64,000 bases of DNA from an uncultured delta proteobacterium (GCA_963803435.1 CAWDML010000001.1:3072001-3136000); one strand, 5' to 3'. Positions 31,838 to 42,515 are shown, numbered from the stretch's first letter. Notes: generated by a model from the letters alone, not told the origin. Made by a program: numbers and translations.

Positions 31838-33916
31838 ATGTTCCCCGGATACGAGAATCCCACGCCCCAGCAGCCGGTCCCCTGCGGCCGTTACCAGTTG
31901 ATCGAGCGGATCGGCTACGGCGGGATGGCCGAGGTCTTTCGGGCCCGCCTGCCGGGACCGAACAGCTTCTCGAAGACCGTGGTGGTGAAGCGGATCCTCC
32001 CGCGGCTGCTCGACGACCCCATGGTCCTCCAGATGTTCATCGAGGAGGCACGGATCGCGGCCGCCGCCGATCACGACAACATCGCCAAGGTGTTCGAGCT
32101 CGGGCGCGCCGAGGACGGCCGGTACTTCATCGTCATGGAGTTCCTCGCGGGGATCGATCTGGAGATGCTCCTGCGTGCCAGCGCGCAACGCAGCTTGCGG
32201 GTGCCGATCTGGTTCTCCGTCAAGGTGGTGAGCGAGGTCCTGGAGGCGCTCTCATACGTGCACTCGCTCGTGGACGACGACGGCCAGCCCCGCAACGTGA
32301 TCCACCGCGACGTCACGCCCTCGAACATCTTCCTCACGTTCCTCGGGCGGGTGAAGCTCTCGGACTTCGGCATCGCGGACTTCGCCGGCAAGGCGCCCAC
32401 CACGATCGCGGGCCAGCTGAAGGGCAAGCTCGCGTACATGTCGCCGGAGCAGCTCAACGCTCGGACCCTGGACCTGCGCTCCGATCTCTTCACCGCCGGG
32501 GTCGTGCTCTGGGAGGCGCTCACGCAGCAGCGGCTCTTCGGACAGCTCAACGAGATGCAGGCGATGCTCGCGATCTGCGACGACACCCGCAAGCCGCCGA
32601 GCGCCCTCGAGCCCGAGGTCCCGCCCGAGCTCGACATGGTCGCCCTCAAGGCGCTCGCCGCGGATCGCGACCAGCGCTATCACAACGCCACCGAGTTCCA
32701 GTCGGACCTGCTCGACTGCCTCCACAAGATTCGGGGCCCGGTCCGCACCTCCGACATGCGGCGCGTGGTCCAGGTCCTGCTCGGGCGCGAGGAGCCGGAC
32801 CACGAGACGATGGCGAAGCCGATGACGCCCGCCCGGGCGCGCGAGGCGAATGCCAGCTTCCTCCTCAAGCTCGACCAGAGCGAGCGCAAGAAGCTGAAGG
32901 CGGAGCACTCGGCGGCCCTCTTGGCGGAGCAGGGCGACGTCCCCGACGACCTGGCCGAGACCAACCAGCGCGGGTTCCCGGCGGTGGAGGTGGAGGACGC
33001 CACGCTGCCGATGCACGCGATCGATCTCTCGCGCGAGTACTGGGTGCGCTCGCCGGGCTGCGCCGCGCTGGGCCCGATGCCCTACCAGGCGGCCCGGGTT
33101 CGGCTCGCCGAGGCAGGGATGGAGGGCGCGCCGATCTCCATCTCGGCGGACCGCCGGCACTGGCTGAGCCTCGAGCAGTTCTCGCGGTTCTCGGGACAGG
33201 ATCTGGTGATGGACCTGGCGGCGCCGGGGAACAACCTGACGCTGATCGGGACGCTGGAGCAGCGGAGCATGGCGGCCGTGTTCGGACTGATCGCGCGGGA
33301 CAGCGCCAGCGGCACGCTCTCGATCGCGAACACCGACGTCGAGGAGTGGTACGAGATCCGGATCGCCAACGGGCAGCCGCTGCTGGTGATCACGAACGTG
33401 CCCTCGATGCAGCTCCCGGCGCTCCTCGTCTCCAAGAAGCTGATGGGAGCCGGCGAGGTCGACCGCTGGCTCCACGAGCTGGTGAGGTCGGGCCAGCCGG
33501 AGCCCGTGCCGCTCGATCGCGACGCCTTCATGCGCGAGCGGATGAGGGAGCTCTTCCGCTGGAGCAAGGCGGAGTACTCGTTCAACATCGATCCCCTGGG
33601 GGCGGCCGAGCCCCCGTTCGCGCCCTCGCTGCTGGCGCTGCTGCCGCCGCTGATCGAGGCCGCCTGCTCGACGGACGAGCTCAAGAAGCGGCTGGGCGGC
33701 CTCCTGGAGAAAGGGCTCGAGCCCTCCTGGCGCTTCGCCGACGCGCTGGACGAGATGGCGCTTCCGCTCGGCGACCGCGGGTTGGTGGAGCGGCTGAAGA
33801 GCCGGCGGCCGCTCGCGACCTTGGTCGGTGAGCAACCGGCGCTGGCCAAGCGGATCCTCACGTTCGCGTATCTGATGACGGAGGCGGATCTGCTCCTCGA
33901 GGCGCTCGAGGACTGA
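31838..33916 (+). CDS. Ser/Thr protein kinase with C-terminal DUF4388-like domain
   Basis: IGYGGMAEV, VVKRI, HRDVTPSN, DFG and GKLAYMSPEQ motifs. C-terminal 'GTLE...AVF.LI......GTL.I' and 'ELFRW....YSF' pattern. Confidence 0.9.
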   Translation: MFPGYENPTPQQPVPCGRYQLIERIGYGGMAEVFRARLPGPNSFSKTVVVKRILPRLLDDPMVLQMFIEEARIAAAADHDNIAKVFELGRAEDGRYFIVMEFLAGIDLEMLLRASAQRSLRVPIWFSVKVVSEVLEALSYVHSLVDDDGQPRNVIHRDVTPSNIFLTFLGRVKLSDFGIADFAGKAPTTIAGQLKGKLAYMSPEQLNARTLDLRSDLFTAGVVLWEALTQQRLFGQLNEMQAMLAICDDTRKPPSALEPEVPPELDMVALKALAADRDQRYHNATEFQSDLLDCLHKIRGPVRTSDMRRVVQVLLGREEPDHETMAKPMTPARAREANASFLLKLDQSERKKLKAEHSAALLAEQGDVPDDLAETNQRGFPAVEVEDATLPMHAIDLSREYWVRSPGCAALGPMPYQAARVRLAEAGMEGAPISISADRRHWLSLEQFSRFSGQDLVMDLAAPGNNLTLIGTLEQRSMAAVFGLIARDSASGTLSIANTDVEEWYEIRIANGQPLLVITNVPSMQLPALLVSKKLMGAGEVDRWLHELVRSGQPEPVPLDRDAFMRERMRELFRWSKAEYSFNIDPLGAAEPPFAPSLLALLPPLIEAACSTDELKKRLGGLLEKGLEPSWRFADALDEMALPLGDRGLVERLKSRRPLATLVGEQPALAKRILTFAYLMTEADLLLEALED

Positions 33917-33926
33917 GAGCCGTTCC

Positions 33927-35057
33927 TCAGCGCTGGAGCAGCACGAAGCCGACCACCCCCGCCGCCGCCAGCAGCATCAGGATCCCCGCGATCAGCGCGC
34001 GGCTGGTACGTGGGGGCGCAGCCGGGGCCTCGGGCTCGAGCGTCTCCGGCTCGGCGGGAAAGATCGCGTCCCGGAGCGTGGGGCCGAGCGTTACAGACTC
34101 CGTCACGGCGTCCGAGTCTCCGACCTGCTCCGGCACGTCCTCGATCAGAGCGCTGCGCATCGCGATCGCGAACTCCTCGGCGCTGTCGTAGCGCGCCTCC
34201 GGCTTGATCGACATGGCTCGGTGCAGGACCTCGTCGACCAGCGGTGACAGGCCCTCGCGCTCGAACAGGGCGGAGGGACGCCCCTCCCTGGCGATGCGTC
34301 GCAGTACGGCCACGTGGCTGTTGATCGATCCGGTCGGCACGACCTTGTGGAACGGCAGCGGCGCGCCGTCCTCTCCGCGGGCCCACGCGCGCCTGAGCGT
34401 GATCAGCTCGAAGAGGATCGATCCCAGCGAGAAGATGTCGGCGCGATGCGTGAGCTCGAGGCCGAGGACCTGCTCGGGCGAGATGTAGAGGATCGATCCG
34501 AGCACGCGTCCGACGGTGGTGGGATCGATCTCGCTCCCGACCAGCATCTTCGCGATCCCGAAGTCGAGCACCTTCACGAAAGGCCGCTGCCCGCGGCGGT
34601 TGACCATCACGTTCTTCGGCTTGAGATCGCGGTGCACGATCCCGTTCCGATGGGCATAGTCGATCGCGGAGCAGAGCTGATCGCAGATCCAGGCGATGCC
34701 CTCCGGAGGCACGGGGCTGTCGTCCCGGGAGTTGCCGGCGAACTTCACGTCGAGCGTCTCCCCGTCGATGAACTCCATGCTGAGATAGACGTCCTCCCCG
34801 GAGGCGTCCCAGGCGAGCGGCTTGCAGATGTTGGGGTGGTCGAGCTTCTCCAGGATCTTCGCCTCCTGGACGAAGCGAGCCAGCATCTTCCTGTCCTGTC
34901 GAAACTTGTCGAAGAGGATCTTGATCGCGACCGGCGCGCGCTCCTGCTCGAGATCCACCGCCTTCCAGACCGCGCCAAAGGCGCCCTTCCCGAGGGGAGC
35001 GGAGAGCTCGAAGCGATCGCCGATGACCTCGCCCTTCTGGAAAAGGCGGTCCGCCAT
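33927..35057 (-). CDS. Ser/Thr protein kinase with C-terminal TM anchor
   Basis: LGKGAFGAV, VAIK, HRDLKPKN, DFGIAK and YISPEQ motifs, hydrophobic C-terminus. Confidence 0.9.
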   Translation of the reverse strand: MADRLFQKGEVIGDRFELSAPLGKGAFGAVWKAVDLEQERAPVAIKILFDKFRQDRKMLARFVQEAKILEKLDHPNICKPLAWDASGEDVYLSMEFIDGETLDVKFAGNSRDDSPVPPEGIAWICDQLCSAIDYAHRNGIVHRDLKPKNVMVNRRGQRPFVKVLDFGIAKMLVGSEIDPTTVGRVLGSILYISPEQVLGLELTHRADIFSLGSILFELITLRRAWARGEDGAPLPFHKVVPTGSINSHVAVLRRIAREGRPSALFEREGLSPLVDEVLHRAMSIKPEARYDSAEEFAIAMRSALIEDVPEQVGDSDAVTESVTLGPTLRDAIFPAEPETLEPEAPAAPPRTSRALIAGILMLLAAAGVVGFVLLQR

Positions 35058-35107
35058 CGGGCGGCACTCTACATCGCTCGGACCAAAGCGGGTACAGTCG
35101 CAGGGAG

Positions 35108-35827
35108 ATGGCGCACATCAGGCTGGGCGAGCTGTTGGTCCGAGCGGGTCACCTGACCGAGGACGACCTCGCGCGCGCGCTCCAGGAGCAGAAGCGATGG
35201 GGCGGCCGCCTGGGGAGGATCCTGCGCGAGATGAACCTGGTGACGGAGGAGATCCTCCTCAAGGCGCTCACCAAGCAGCTCGGCCTGCCCCGCGCCGATC
35301 TGCGCGCGCCGGTGATTCCCGCAGCCGTCCTTGCGAGCATCGACGCGGGGTTCGCGATGGAGCACCACCTCTGTCCGGAGCGCTTCGACGCGCAGGCGCG
35401 CACGCTCCAGATCGCGATGGAGGATCACCTGAACCTCCCCGCGCTCGACGAGATCGGCGCGAAGACCGGCGCGCGCATCAAGACCAGCCTCGCCACGGGC
35501 GCCGAGATCGACGCCGGGCTGGCCCTCCTCTATCCCGGGCACCCCGCCGTAGGACCGATCCGGAGCGAGGACGGCGAAGCGCCGGCGCGTGGGAGCGTAG
35601 TGATGTTCGAGACCAAGGACTTCTCCAAGGCCGCGGCCGAGGCACGGGAGCTCTCGACCGGGCTGAAGAAGGGGAACCTGCGCACGCTCGACACCGGCGA
35701 CTTCTCGGAGGCAGCCGGCCAGCTGAAACACGAGACGGCGGGGCCCGCTCAGCCCGATCGGATGAAGTACTTCGGCACCGAGGACTTCTCCGATGCCGCC
35801 CGCAAGGTGCGCGACGACGACGACTGA
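35108..35827 (+). CDS. MshEN (GSPII_E N-terminal) domain protein without an ATPase domain
   Basis: RLGELLVRAGHLTEDDLARALQEQKRWGGRLGRILREMNLVTEEILLKALTKQ is the tandem MshEN c-di-GMP-binding motif. Confidence 0.85.
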   Translation: MAHIRLGELLVRAGHLTEDDLARALQEQKRWGGRLGRILREMNLVTEEILLKALTKQLGLPRADLRAPVIPAAVLASIDAGFAMEHHLCPERFDAQARTLQIAMEDHLNLPALDEIGAKTGARIKTSLATGAEIDAGLALLYPGHPAVGPIRSEDGEAPARGSVVMFETKDFSKAAAEARELSTGLKKGNLRTLDTGDFSEAAGQLKHETAGPAQPDRMKYFGTEDFSDAARKVRDDDD

Positions 35828-35834
35828 GCCCGCG

Positions 35835-36287
35835 TCACTCGTCCTTTTGCTCCATCTCCTCGAGGCGCTGGATCTGATCCGCGCTGACCTCCTTCTTCCG
35901 CCGCCGTCGTTCGATGATCCACGCGACCAGCCCGATCCCGACCAGCGCCGGCGACGTCCAGGCCGCGAACCTCAGCCACTTCGGATAGACGCGCATGCCG
36001 TGATCGGGGAGACCGATGTCCCGCTGCAGCTTCTCGATCTTCGGCACCTCGGCGAGAAGCGCGCGCATGGCCGTCGGATCGAGCGCCTCCTCCGGGGCGA
36101 TCTCGATCGCCTCGACCTCGGCGCGGAGCGCACGCGCCAGCGCCTCCACGTCCGCCTTGCCCTGGGATCGCGCCTCACGGGTGACCAGCGCGAGCCGCAC
36201 GATGAGGCGATAACGCAGCGCTTCCGCGTCCCTTTTGGCCAGATCTCGGTCCACGAGCAGAGCGGAGATTATGCCAGAGGAGCGCAC
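35835..36287 (-). CDS. Hypothetical membrane protein (start uncertain)
   Basis: Helical N-terminal part, one TM followed by RRRRKK. Fills the gap between two well-supported genes. Confidence 0.5.
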   Translation of the reverse strand: MRSSGIISALLVDRDLAKRDAEALRYRLIVRLALVTREARSQGKADVEALARALRAEVEAIEIAPEEALDPTAMRALLAEVPKIEKLQRDIGLPDHGMRVYPKWLRFAAWTSPALVGIGLVAWIIERRRRKKEVSADQIQRLEEMEQKDE

Positions 36288-36328
36288 GTTTGACTCTCAC
36301 CCAGGACAGGCGGATCGTCCGGAGCCCG

Positions 36329-37846
36329 ATGAATCCCTTCCGTGCAGACATGCCCGACGACCGCACGCCGTCGCCCGCCACCATCGTGATCTTCGGCGCC
36401 AGCGGCGACCTCACCAAGCGCAAGCTGATGCCTGCGCTGTACAACCTGGCGGTCGAGCGACACCTCTCCCGCATCGCGATCGTCGGAACGTCGCGGTCCG
36501 AGATCACCGACGAGGCCTTCCGCGCGAGCATGCGCGAGGGCGTGGAGAAGTACTCCCGACAGCGGCCGATCGATCGCGACCTCTGGGGCTCCATGGAGCC
36601 GGCCATCTACTACCAGTCGGGTGGGTTCGACGATCCGCAAGCGTTCTTGCGCTTGCGCGCGCGCCTGGAGCAGCTGGAGAAGCACCACGGCCTCCCCGGA
36701 AACCGCCTCTTCTATCTCTCCACGCCGCCCTCGGTCTTCGCGCCGATCATCCGCAATCTCGGCGAGGCCGGGCTGGTCCCGAAGGGCGAGGATCCGTTCG
36801 CCCGCGTGATCATCGAGAAGCCCTTCGGCACCGACCTCGAGAGCGCGCAGTCGCTGAACCGCGAGGTGCGCGCCGTCCTCGAGGAGGAGCAGATCTATCG
36901 CATCGATCACTATCTGGGGAAGGAGACCGTCCAGAACCTGTTGGTGTTCCGCTTCGCGAACGGGATCTTCGAGCCGCTGTGGAACAACAAGTACGTCGAC
37001 CACGTGCAGATCACGGGCGCCGAGACGCTCGGGGTCGAACGGCGCGGCGGCTACTTCGACAAGGCCGGCATCCTCCGCGACATGGTGCAGAACCACCTCT
37101 TCCAGGTGCTGTCGCTGGCGGCCATGGAGCCGCCGAGCTCGTTCGACGCCAACGCGGTTCGCGACGAGAAGGTGAAGGTGCTGAAGGCGCTCCGCCCGAT
37201 TACGCCGGAGGATCTCGATCGCAGGGTCGTGCGCGCGCAGTACACGGCGGGAAGCGTGCTGGGGACGCAGGTGCCCGGCTATCTCGAGGAGGAGGGCGTC
37301 GACAGGAGCTCCAAGACCGAGACGTTCGTGGCGCTCGAGCTGTTCGTCGACAACTGGCGCTGGGCCGGCGTGCCCTTCTATCTGCGGAGCGCCAAGCGGA
37401 TGCCGAAGCGCGTCACCGAGATCGCGATCCACTTCAAGAGCGCGCCCTATCGCTTGTTCCGCCAGAACCAGGTGGCCGACATCGGGAGCAACGTGCTCGC
37501 CGTGCGGATCCAGCCGGACGAAGGCATCACCTTGAGCATCGGCTCGAAGGTACCCGGGCCGTCGATCGAGATCGCGCCGGTGACGATGGAGTTCCGCTAC
37601 GCCTCCAGCTTCGGCGTGGAGGCGCCCGAGGCCTACGAGCGGCTGCTGCTGGACGCGCTCAACGGCGACGGGACGCTCTTCACCCGCGGCGACGAGGTGG
37701 AGGCGAGCTGGAGGTTCATCACCCCGATCCACCGGGCGTGGGCCGCGAGCAAGGCGAAGCCGGTCGGCTACGAGGCGGGCAGCTGGGGCCCCGAGGCGGC
37801 GTTCGAGCTCCTGAAGCGGAGCGGGCGGATGTGGAGGAAGCCGTGA
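36329..37846 (+). CDS. zwf: Glucose-6-phosphate 1-dehydrogenase
   Basis: [33 protein letters not shown] and [12 protein letters not shown] motifs. Confidence 0.97.
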   Translation: MNPFRADMPDDRTPSPATIVIFGASGDLTKRKLMPALYNLAVERHLSRIAIVGTSRSEITDEAFRASMREGVEKYSRQRPIDRDLWGSMEPAIYYQSGGFDDPQAFLRLRARLEQLEKHHGLPGNRLFYLSTPPSVFAPIIRNLGEAGLVPKGEDPFARVIIEKPFGTDLESAQSLNREVRAVLEEEQIYRIDHYLGKETVQNLLVFRFANGIFEPLWNNKYVDHVQITGAETLGVERRGGYFDKAGILRDMVQNHLFQVLSLAAMEPPSSFDANAVRDEKVKVLKALRPITPEDLDRRVVRAQYTAGSVLGTQVPGYLEEEGVDRSSKTETFVALELFVDNWRWAGVPFYLRSAKRMPKRVTEIAIHFKSAPYRLFRQNQVADIGSNVLAVRIQPDEGITLSIGSKVPGPSIEIAPVTMEFRYASSFGVEAPEAYERLLLDALNGDGTLFTRGDEVEASWRFITPIHRAWAASKAKPVGYEAGSWGPEAAFELLKRSGRMWRKP

Positions 37847-38934
37847 ACGTAGAGAACGAGCTCGAGCGATTCTCCGCGGGCGAGAGCTTCGCGGTGAATC
37901 CGGACGCGATCGAGCGCGAGCTGGCGTCGCTGTGGCGCGAGGCCGGCAAGACGACGGACGGCAAGAACCCTGTCACGCGCGCGTGCCTCTGGAACGTGGC
38001 CTTCCACCTGGAGGAGCGCCCGGCGCGGGACGGCTTCGGACATGCCGACCACCTCCTCGAGCTGGTGAACGAGCTGCCGAAACACCTGGCGGCGCGGGCG
38101 CTGGTCCTGCGCACGCTGCCCGACGGCGGCAAGCCGGAGCTGGAGAGCTGGATCTCCGCCAACTGCATCCTGGCGGAGGGCGGCAGCAAGCTGGTCTGCA
38201 GCGAGGAGATCACGTTTGCGGCGCACGGCCCGGCGGACCGCCACCTGCCCGGGCTGGTGCGGGCGTTGCTCGTGCCGGCGGTACCCACCGCGGCGGTGTT
38301 CGCAGGTGCGCCACCGTCGAGCTCGACGTCGGCGATGGCGGCAGTGGCGAAGCAGGCGGATCGGATCATCACCGACGTCGATCGATCGATCGCCGAACGT
38401 CCGCTGGCCGCAGTGCGCGATGCGATCGATCGGGCGCCGCTGATGGCGATGGACCTGGGCTGGCTGGCGAACGGGTCGCTCCGCGCGGTGATCGCCGAGT
38501 TGTTCGATGCACCGCTGACGCTGGAGTCGATCGGCGGGATCGCGCGCGTGCGCTACCTGGCACCGGCAACGCGACGCTGGTCGAGCCTGACGATGCTGGG
38601 ATGGATCGCGGCGGCGCTGGGCGTGACGTCCGGCCCGGCCCAGGGTGGCTCGAGCTGGTCGTTGCCGGTGAGCAGCGGCGGCGAGCTCGCGCTGAGCTTC
38701 GAGGTGGCGGACACCGTGGGCCCGAGGATCGAATTCTATGCGCGCGGCCGCAGCGCGCCGATCGTCGTCGACGCGGTGGCGCCCAAGGTGGTGGAGGTGC
38801 CGACCCCGGCAGGAAGCGTGGCGCGGAAGTCGATCCAGCATCCGGAGGGCGCGGCGCTCCTGGCGCGCGCGCTCGCCACGCGCTCGGATGATCAGGGCTT
38901 CGCGGGCGCCATGTTCATCGCAGGTGACCTATGA
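37843..38934 (+). CDS. opcA: G6PDH assembly/activator protein OpcA
   Basis: GTG overlaps the zwf stop. [19 protein letters not shown] and DL.W motifs. Sits between zwf and pgl. Confidence 0.8.
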   Translation: MNVENELERFSAGESFAVNPDAIERELASLWREAGKTTDGKNPVTRACLWNVAFHLEERPARDGFGHADHLLELVNELPKHLAARALVLRTLPDGGKPELESWISANCILAEGGSKLVCSEEITFAAHGPADRHLPGLVRALLVPAVPTAAVFAGAPPSSSTSAMAAVAKQADRIITDVDRSIAERPLAAVRDAIDRAPLMAMDLGWLANGSLRAVIAELFDAPLTLESIGGIARVRYLAPATRRWSSLTMLGWIAAALGVTSGPAQGGSSWSLPVSSGGELALSFEVADTVGPRIEFYARGRSAPIVVDAVAPKVVEVPTPAGSVARKSIQHPEGAALLARALATRSDDQGFAGAMFIAGDL

Positions 38935-39668
38935 AGCGGTCGAGGGTCCTCGAGATCCTGCCCGACGAGCAGGCCGTGGGAATGCGCGCCGCCGAGCTCA
39001 CGCGCGACCTGGCCGGAGAGCTGATCGCGGAGCACGGCCGCTTCATGCTGGCGCTGTCAGGCGGATCGACGCCCAAGATCTTTCATCGCGCGCTGACCCG
39101 GATGAAGGACGCGCTCGACTGGAGCAAGATCCACATCTTCTACTCGGACGAGCGCGCGGTCCCGCCCGGGGACGAGCACAGCAATCATCGGATGGCGAAG
39201 GAGACGCTGATCGATCAGGTCCCGATCCCGGCGGCGAACGTGCACCGGATCGTAGCTGACGACGGCGACGCCGCGGGCGCTGCCCGCGCGTACGAGAAGG
39301 AGCTCCTGGCGATCGCACCGGACGGCGCGATCGATCTGGTCTTCCTGGGGATGGGGGGCGACGGACACACCGCGAGCCTGTTTCCAGGGCGGGAGCCGAA
39401 GAAGGATGGCTTGGTGGTGGCCACAACGGCGCCGCCGGAGAGCCCGATCGCGCAGCGCGTGACGTTTTCCCACCGCGCGCTCGAGCGGGCGCGCACGGTC
39501 ATCGTGTTGGTGACCGGCGCGAGCAAAGCGGAGCGCCTGGCCGAAATCCTGGGTGACCGAGCGGTCGATCTTCCGCTCCGGAAGGTCCTCGACGCCCGGG
39601 ACTCGGACACGCTCCTGTTGGTCGACGAGGCAGCAGCTTCGAAGCTGGAGGATTCAAATCGTGGTTGA
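38931..39668 (+). CDS. pgl: 6-phosphogluconolactonase
   Basis: LSGGSTP, DER.VP...SN and LGMG.DGHTASLFP motifs. Confidence 0.95.
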   Translation: MKRSRVLEILPDEQAVGMRAAELTRDLAGELIAEHGRFMLALSGGSTPKIFHRALTRMKDALDWSKIHIFYSDERAVPPGDEHSNHRMAKETLIDQVPIPAANVHRIVADDGDAAGAARAYEKELLAIAPDGAIDLVFLGMGGDGHTASLFPGREPKKDGLVVATTAPPESPIAQRVTFSHRALERARTVIVLVTGASKAERLAEILGDRAVDLPLRKVLDARDSDTLLLVDEAAASKLEDSNRG

Positions 39669-41073
39669 GAAGGCGGAATTCGGAGTCATCGGTCTGGGCG
39701 TGATGGGGGCGAACCTCGCGCAGAACATCGAAGAGAAGGGGTTCAGCGTCGCCCTGTTCAACCGAAGTCGTGACAAGACCGAAGAGCTGCTCGCTGCGAC
39801 CAAGGGAAAGCGGTTCGTCGGCGCCTACTCCCTCGAGGAGCTGGCGAAGAAGCTCGAGACGCCGCGGCGGATCCTCATCATGGTGAAGGCCGGCGCGCCG
39901 GTCGACAGCACCATCGAGGGGCTGCTCCCCCACCTCGCCAAGGGCGACGTCGTGATCGACGGCGGCAACGAGTTCTACACGAACACCGAGCGCCGCAACG
40001 ACAAGCTGACCGCGCTGGGGATCGACTTCATCGGCATGGGCGTCAGCGGCGGCGAAGAGGGCGCACGCCACGGCCCCAGCCTCATGCCCGGCGGCGCGAA
40101 GGCCGCGTACCAGAAGATCGAGCCCATCGTCACGAAGATCGCCGCGCAGGTCGAGGACGGCCCCTGCGTCACGTACATCGGCGCCGGCGGCGCCGGACAC
40201 TACGTGAAGATGGTGCACAACGGGATCGAGTACGGCGACATGCAGCTCATCGCCGAGACCTACGACGTCCTCAAGCACGTCGGCGGCCTCTCCAACGCCG
40301 AGCTGGCCGACGTCTTCACGGAGTGGAACAAGAGCGAGCTCGAGAGCTTCCTCATCGAGATCACGTCGAAGATCTTCCGCAAGAAGGATCCCGAGACCGG
40401 CGGTGAGCTGGTCGACTCGATCGTCGACGCCACGGCGATGAAGGGCACCGGCACCTGGACCGTGAAGGAGGGCGCCGACACCCTCTCTCCGCTCCCGACC
40501 ATCGCCAGCGCCGTCGACGCCCGCGTCATGAGCTCCCAGCGCGACCTCCGCCTCCGCGGCGCCGAGATCCTCCAGGGCCCCTCGCCCAAGGTGGACCCCG
40601 CCGCCAAGAAGCAGGTCATCGCCGACGCCCGCGCCGCCCTCTACGCCGCCAAGGCCTGCAGCTACGCCCAGGGCCTCGGCCTCCTCGCCAAGGCCTCCGC
40701 GACCCACAAGTGGGACCTGAAGCTCGGCGAGATCGCCCGCATCTGGAAGGGCGGCTGCATCATCCGCGCGGCCTTCCTCGGTCGCATCCAGAAGGCCTAC
40801 GGCAAGAGCGCCGGCCTCGAGAACCTCCTCTTCGACGCGGACTTCAAGAAGGAGCTCGGCGCCCGCCAGGAAGGCTGGCGCCGCTTCGTCTGCCGTGCGA
40901 TCGAGAGCGGGATCTCAGTGCCCACCACCACGGCGTCGCTGTCATACTACGACAGCCTCCGCCGCAAGCGGCTCCCGGCGAACCTCACGCAGGCCCAGCG
41001 CGACTTCTTCGGCGCGCACACGTACCAGCGCCTCGATCGGGAGGGGACGTTCCACACCGAGTGGGAGAGCTGA
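39661..41073 (+). CDS. gnd: NADP-dependent 6-phosphogluconate dehydrogenase
   Basis: GLGVMG.NLA, GVSGGEEGA, VKMVHNGIEYGDMQ, KGTG.W and QAQRDFFGAHTY motifs. Confidence 0.97.
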   Translation: MVEKAEFGVIGLGVMGANLAQNIEEKGFSVALFNRSRDKTEELLAATKGKRFVGAYSLEELAKKLETPRRILIMVKAGAPVDSTIEGLLPHLAKGDVVIDGGNEFYTNTERRNDKLTALGIDFIGMGVSGGEEGARHGPSLMPGGAKAAYQKIEPIVTKIAAQVEDGPCVTYIGAGGAGHYVKMVHNGIEYGDMQLIAETYDVLKHVGGLSNAELADVFTEWNKSELESFLIEITSKIFRKKDPETGGELVDSIVDATAMKGTGTWTVKEGADTLSPLPTIASAVDARVMSSQRDLRLRGAEILQGPSPKVDPAAKKQVIADARAALYAAKACSYAQGLGLLAKASATHKWDLKLGEIARIWKGGCIIRAAFLGRIQKAYGKSAGLENLLFDADFKKELGARQEGWRRFVCRAIESGISVPTTTASLSYYDSLRRKRLPANLTQAQRDFFGAHTYQRLDREGTFHTEWES

Positions 41074-41375
41074 GCTGATCGGATCGTGGTGCGTTGCGCC
41101 GAGGTGGCGCGCTCCGGCTCCCGGCGACCTGAGGTGGTGCCAGCCGGTCAAGAGGACGCAGCGCGTGTTGCTCGCTCGACCCATCGCTGGTTCGTTCGGA
41201 GCTGTCGGGTAGGAATCGAACACCTGTCCTTTAGGCCAGTCGATCGCCGCGGAGAAGATTGGCCCGCAGGCTAGCACCTTTTCCGACTCCGACGTCATTG
41301 GGCTCTTTGAGCGCCGCTCCGTTCACCTTTACGGGCGGTTCGAATGCGTGGTCCTCTGATCGCGGAGGATGAAAA

Positions 41376-42515
41376 ATGAGCCTGGGCGAACGGCTGAAAT
41401 CACTGGCGCAGCGAATCCCGACGACGATACCCCTACTGGAAACCGAGGAGGCGACCAAGAATGCGCTGATTATGCCGTTCATCGCAGCGCTCGGATATGA
41501 CGTCTTCAATCCCATTGAAGTGATCCCCGAGTTCACGGCGGACGTCGGTACGAAGAAGCACGAGAAGGTCGATTACGCGATCAAGCGAGACGGTGAGATC
41601 ATGATGCTCGTCGAAGCCAAGTGCGCTCGAGACGACCTCAACGAGGTTCACGCGAGCCAACTCTACCGCTACTTCTCAGTCACCTCCGCCCGCATCGCCG
41701 TCCTGACAAACGGCGTGGTGTACCAGTTCTACTCGGACCTCGAAGAGCCAAACAAGATGGACGCCAAGCCGTTCTTCGAGGTCGACATGCTCAGCCTCCG
41801 CGATGACGCGATCCAGGAGCTGGAGAAGTTGACCAAGCCGTCATTCGACCTAGAGTCGATGCTCTCCGCGGCGAATGATCTCAAGAATCTGCGAGAGATC
41901 CGACGATTCTTCGAGAAGCAGTTCGAGGCGCCCGATGAAGAGTTCGTCAAGCTCTGCTTCGTGCAAGCCAACCCTACGGGGCGCTTCATGCAGTCCGTCC
42001 GGGAACAGTTCACTGCGCTGGTCAAGCGCGCACTTCACCAGGTCCTGACTGAGCGAATCAGTGCGCGCCTTCGATCCGCTCTCGAAAAGGAGAATGGCGC
42101 GGCGCCCGGTGGCGTCGAACCGACCCAACCGTTGGAGTCCGATCCGCCGGCCGAGGACGATGGGATTGTCACCACCGAAGAGGAGCTCGAGGGCTACCAC
42201 ATCGTTCGCGCGATCGTTTGCAGTGAGCTAGCACCAAGCCGCGTGACCTGGCGCGATGGAAGGACGTACTTCTCCGTCCTCGTCGACAACAACAATCGAA
42301 AGCCGATCTGTCGGCTGTGGTTCAACCGATCGCATAAATACGTCCAGCTCTTCGCCGACGGTAAGAGCCTCGTCAAGGAGCCGATCGAACACCCGACGGA
42401 GCTCTACCGCTTCAGCGAGGCGCTCCGGGCAACCGCTCGAACGTACCTGGAGCCCGGTGCAGCGAGCGTGGACGCCCAGCCGACGCGTCATCTCGTCGCG
42501 ATGCCGGACGCGTGA
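41376..42515 (+). CDS. Stand-alone HsdR N-terminal-type (PD-(D/E)xK) nuclease domain protein
   Basis: TEEATKNALIMPFI..LGYDVF.P.EV.PE, KVDYAI, LVEAK, LTNG..Y.F..DL...NKMD..PF and DNN.RKPICRL motifs. GGAGG RBS, visibly more AT-rich codons. Confidence 0.85.
   Translation: MSLGERLKSLAQRIPTTIPLLETEEATKNALIMPFIAALGYDVFNPIEVIPEFTADVGTKKHEKVDYAIKRDGEIMMLVEAKCARDDLNEVHASQLYRYFSVTSARIAVLTNGVVYQFYSDLEEPNKMDAKPFFEVDMLSLRDDAIQELEKLTKPSFDLESMLSAANDLKNLREIRRFFEKQFEAPDEEFVKLCFVQANPTGRFMQSVREQFTALVKRALHQVLTERISARLRSALEKENGAAPGGVEPTQPLESDPPAEDDGIVTTEEELEGYHIVRAIVCSELAPSRVTWRDGRTYFSVLVDNNNRKPICRLWFNRSHKYVQLFADGKSLVKEPIEHPTELYRFSEALRATARTYLEPGAASVDAQPTRHLVAMPDA

Noticed and set aside
36235-38934. 899-aa ORF as one protein (similarly the N-terminal extensions of 60785-62296, 49517-51625 and 55374-61031)
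   Set aside because: The N-terminal portions overlap real upstream genes in another frame. The true starts are at 37843, 61687, 50599 and 60785.
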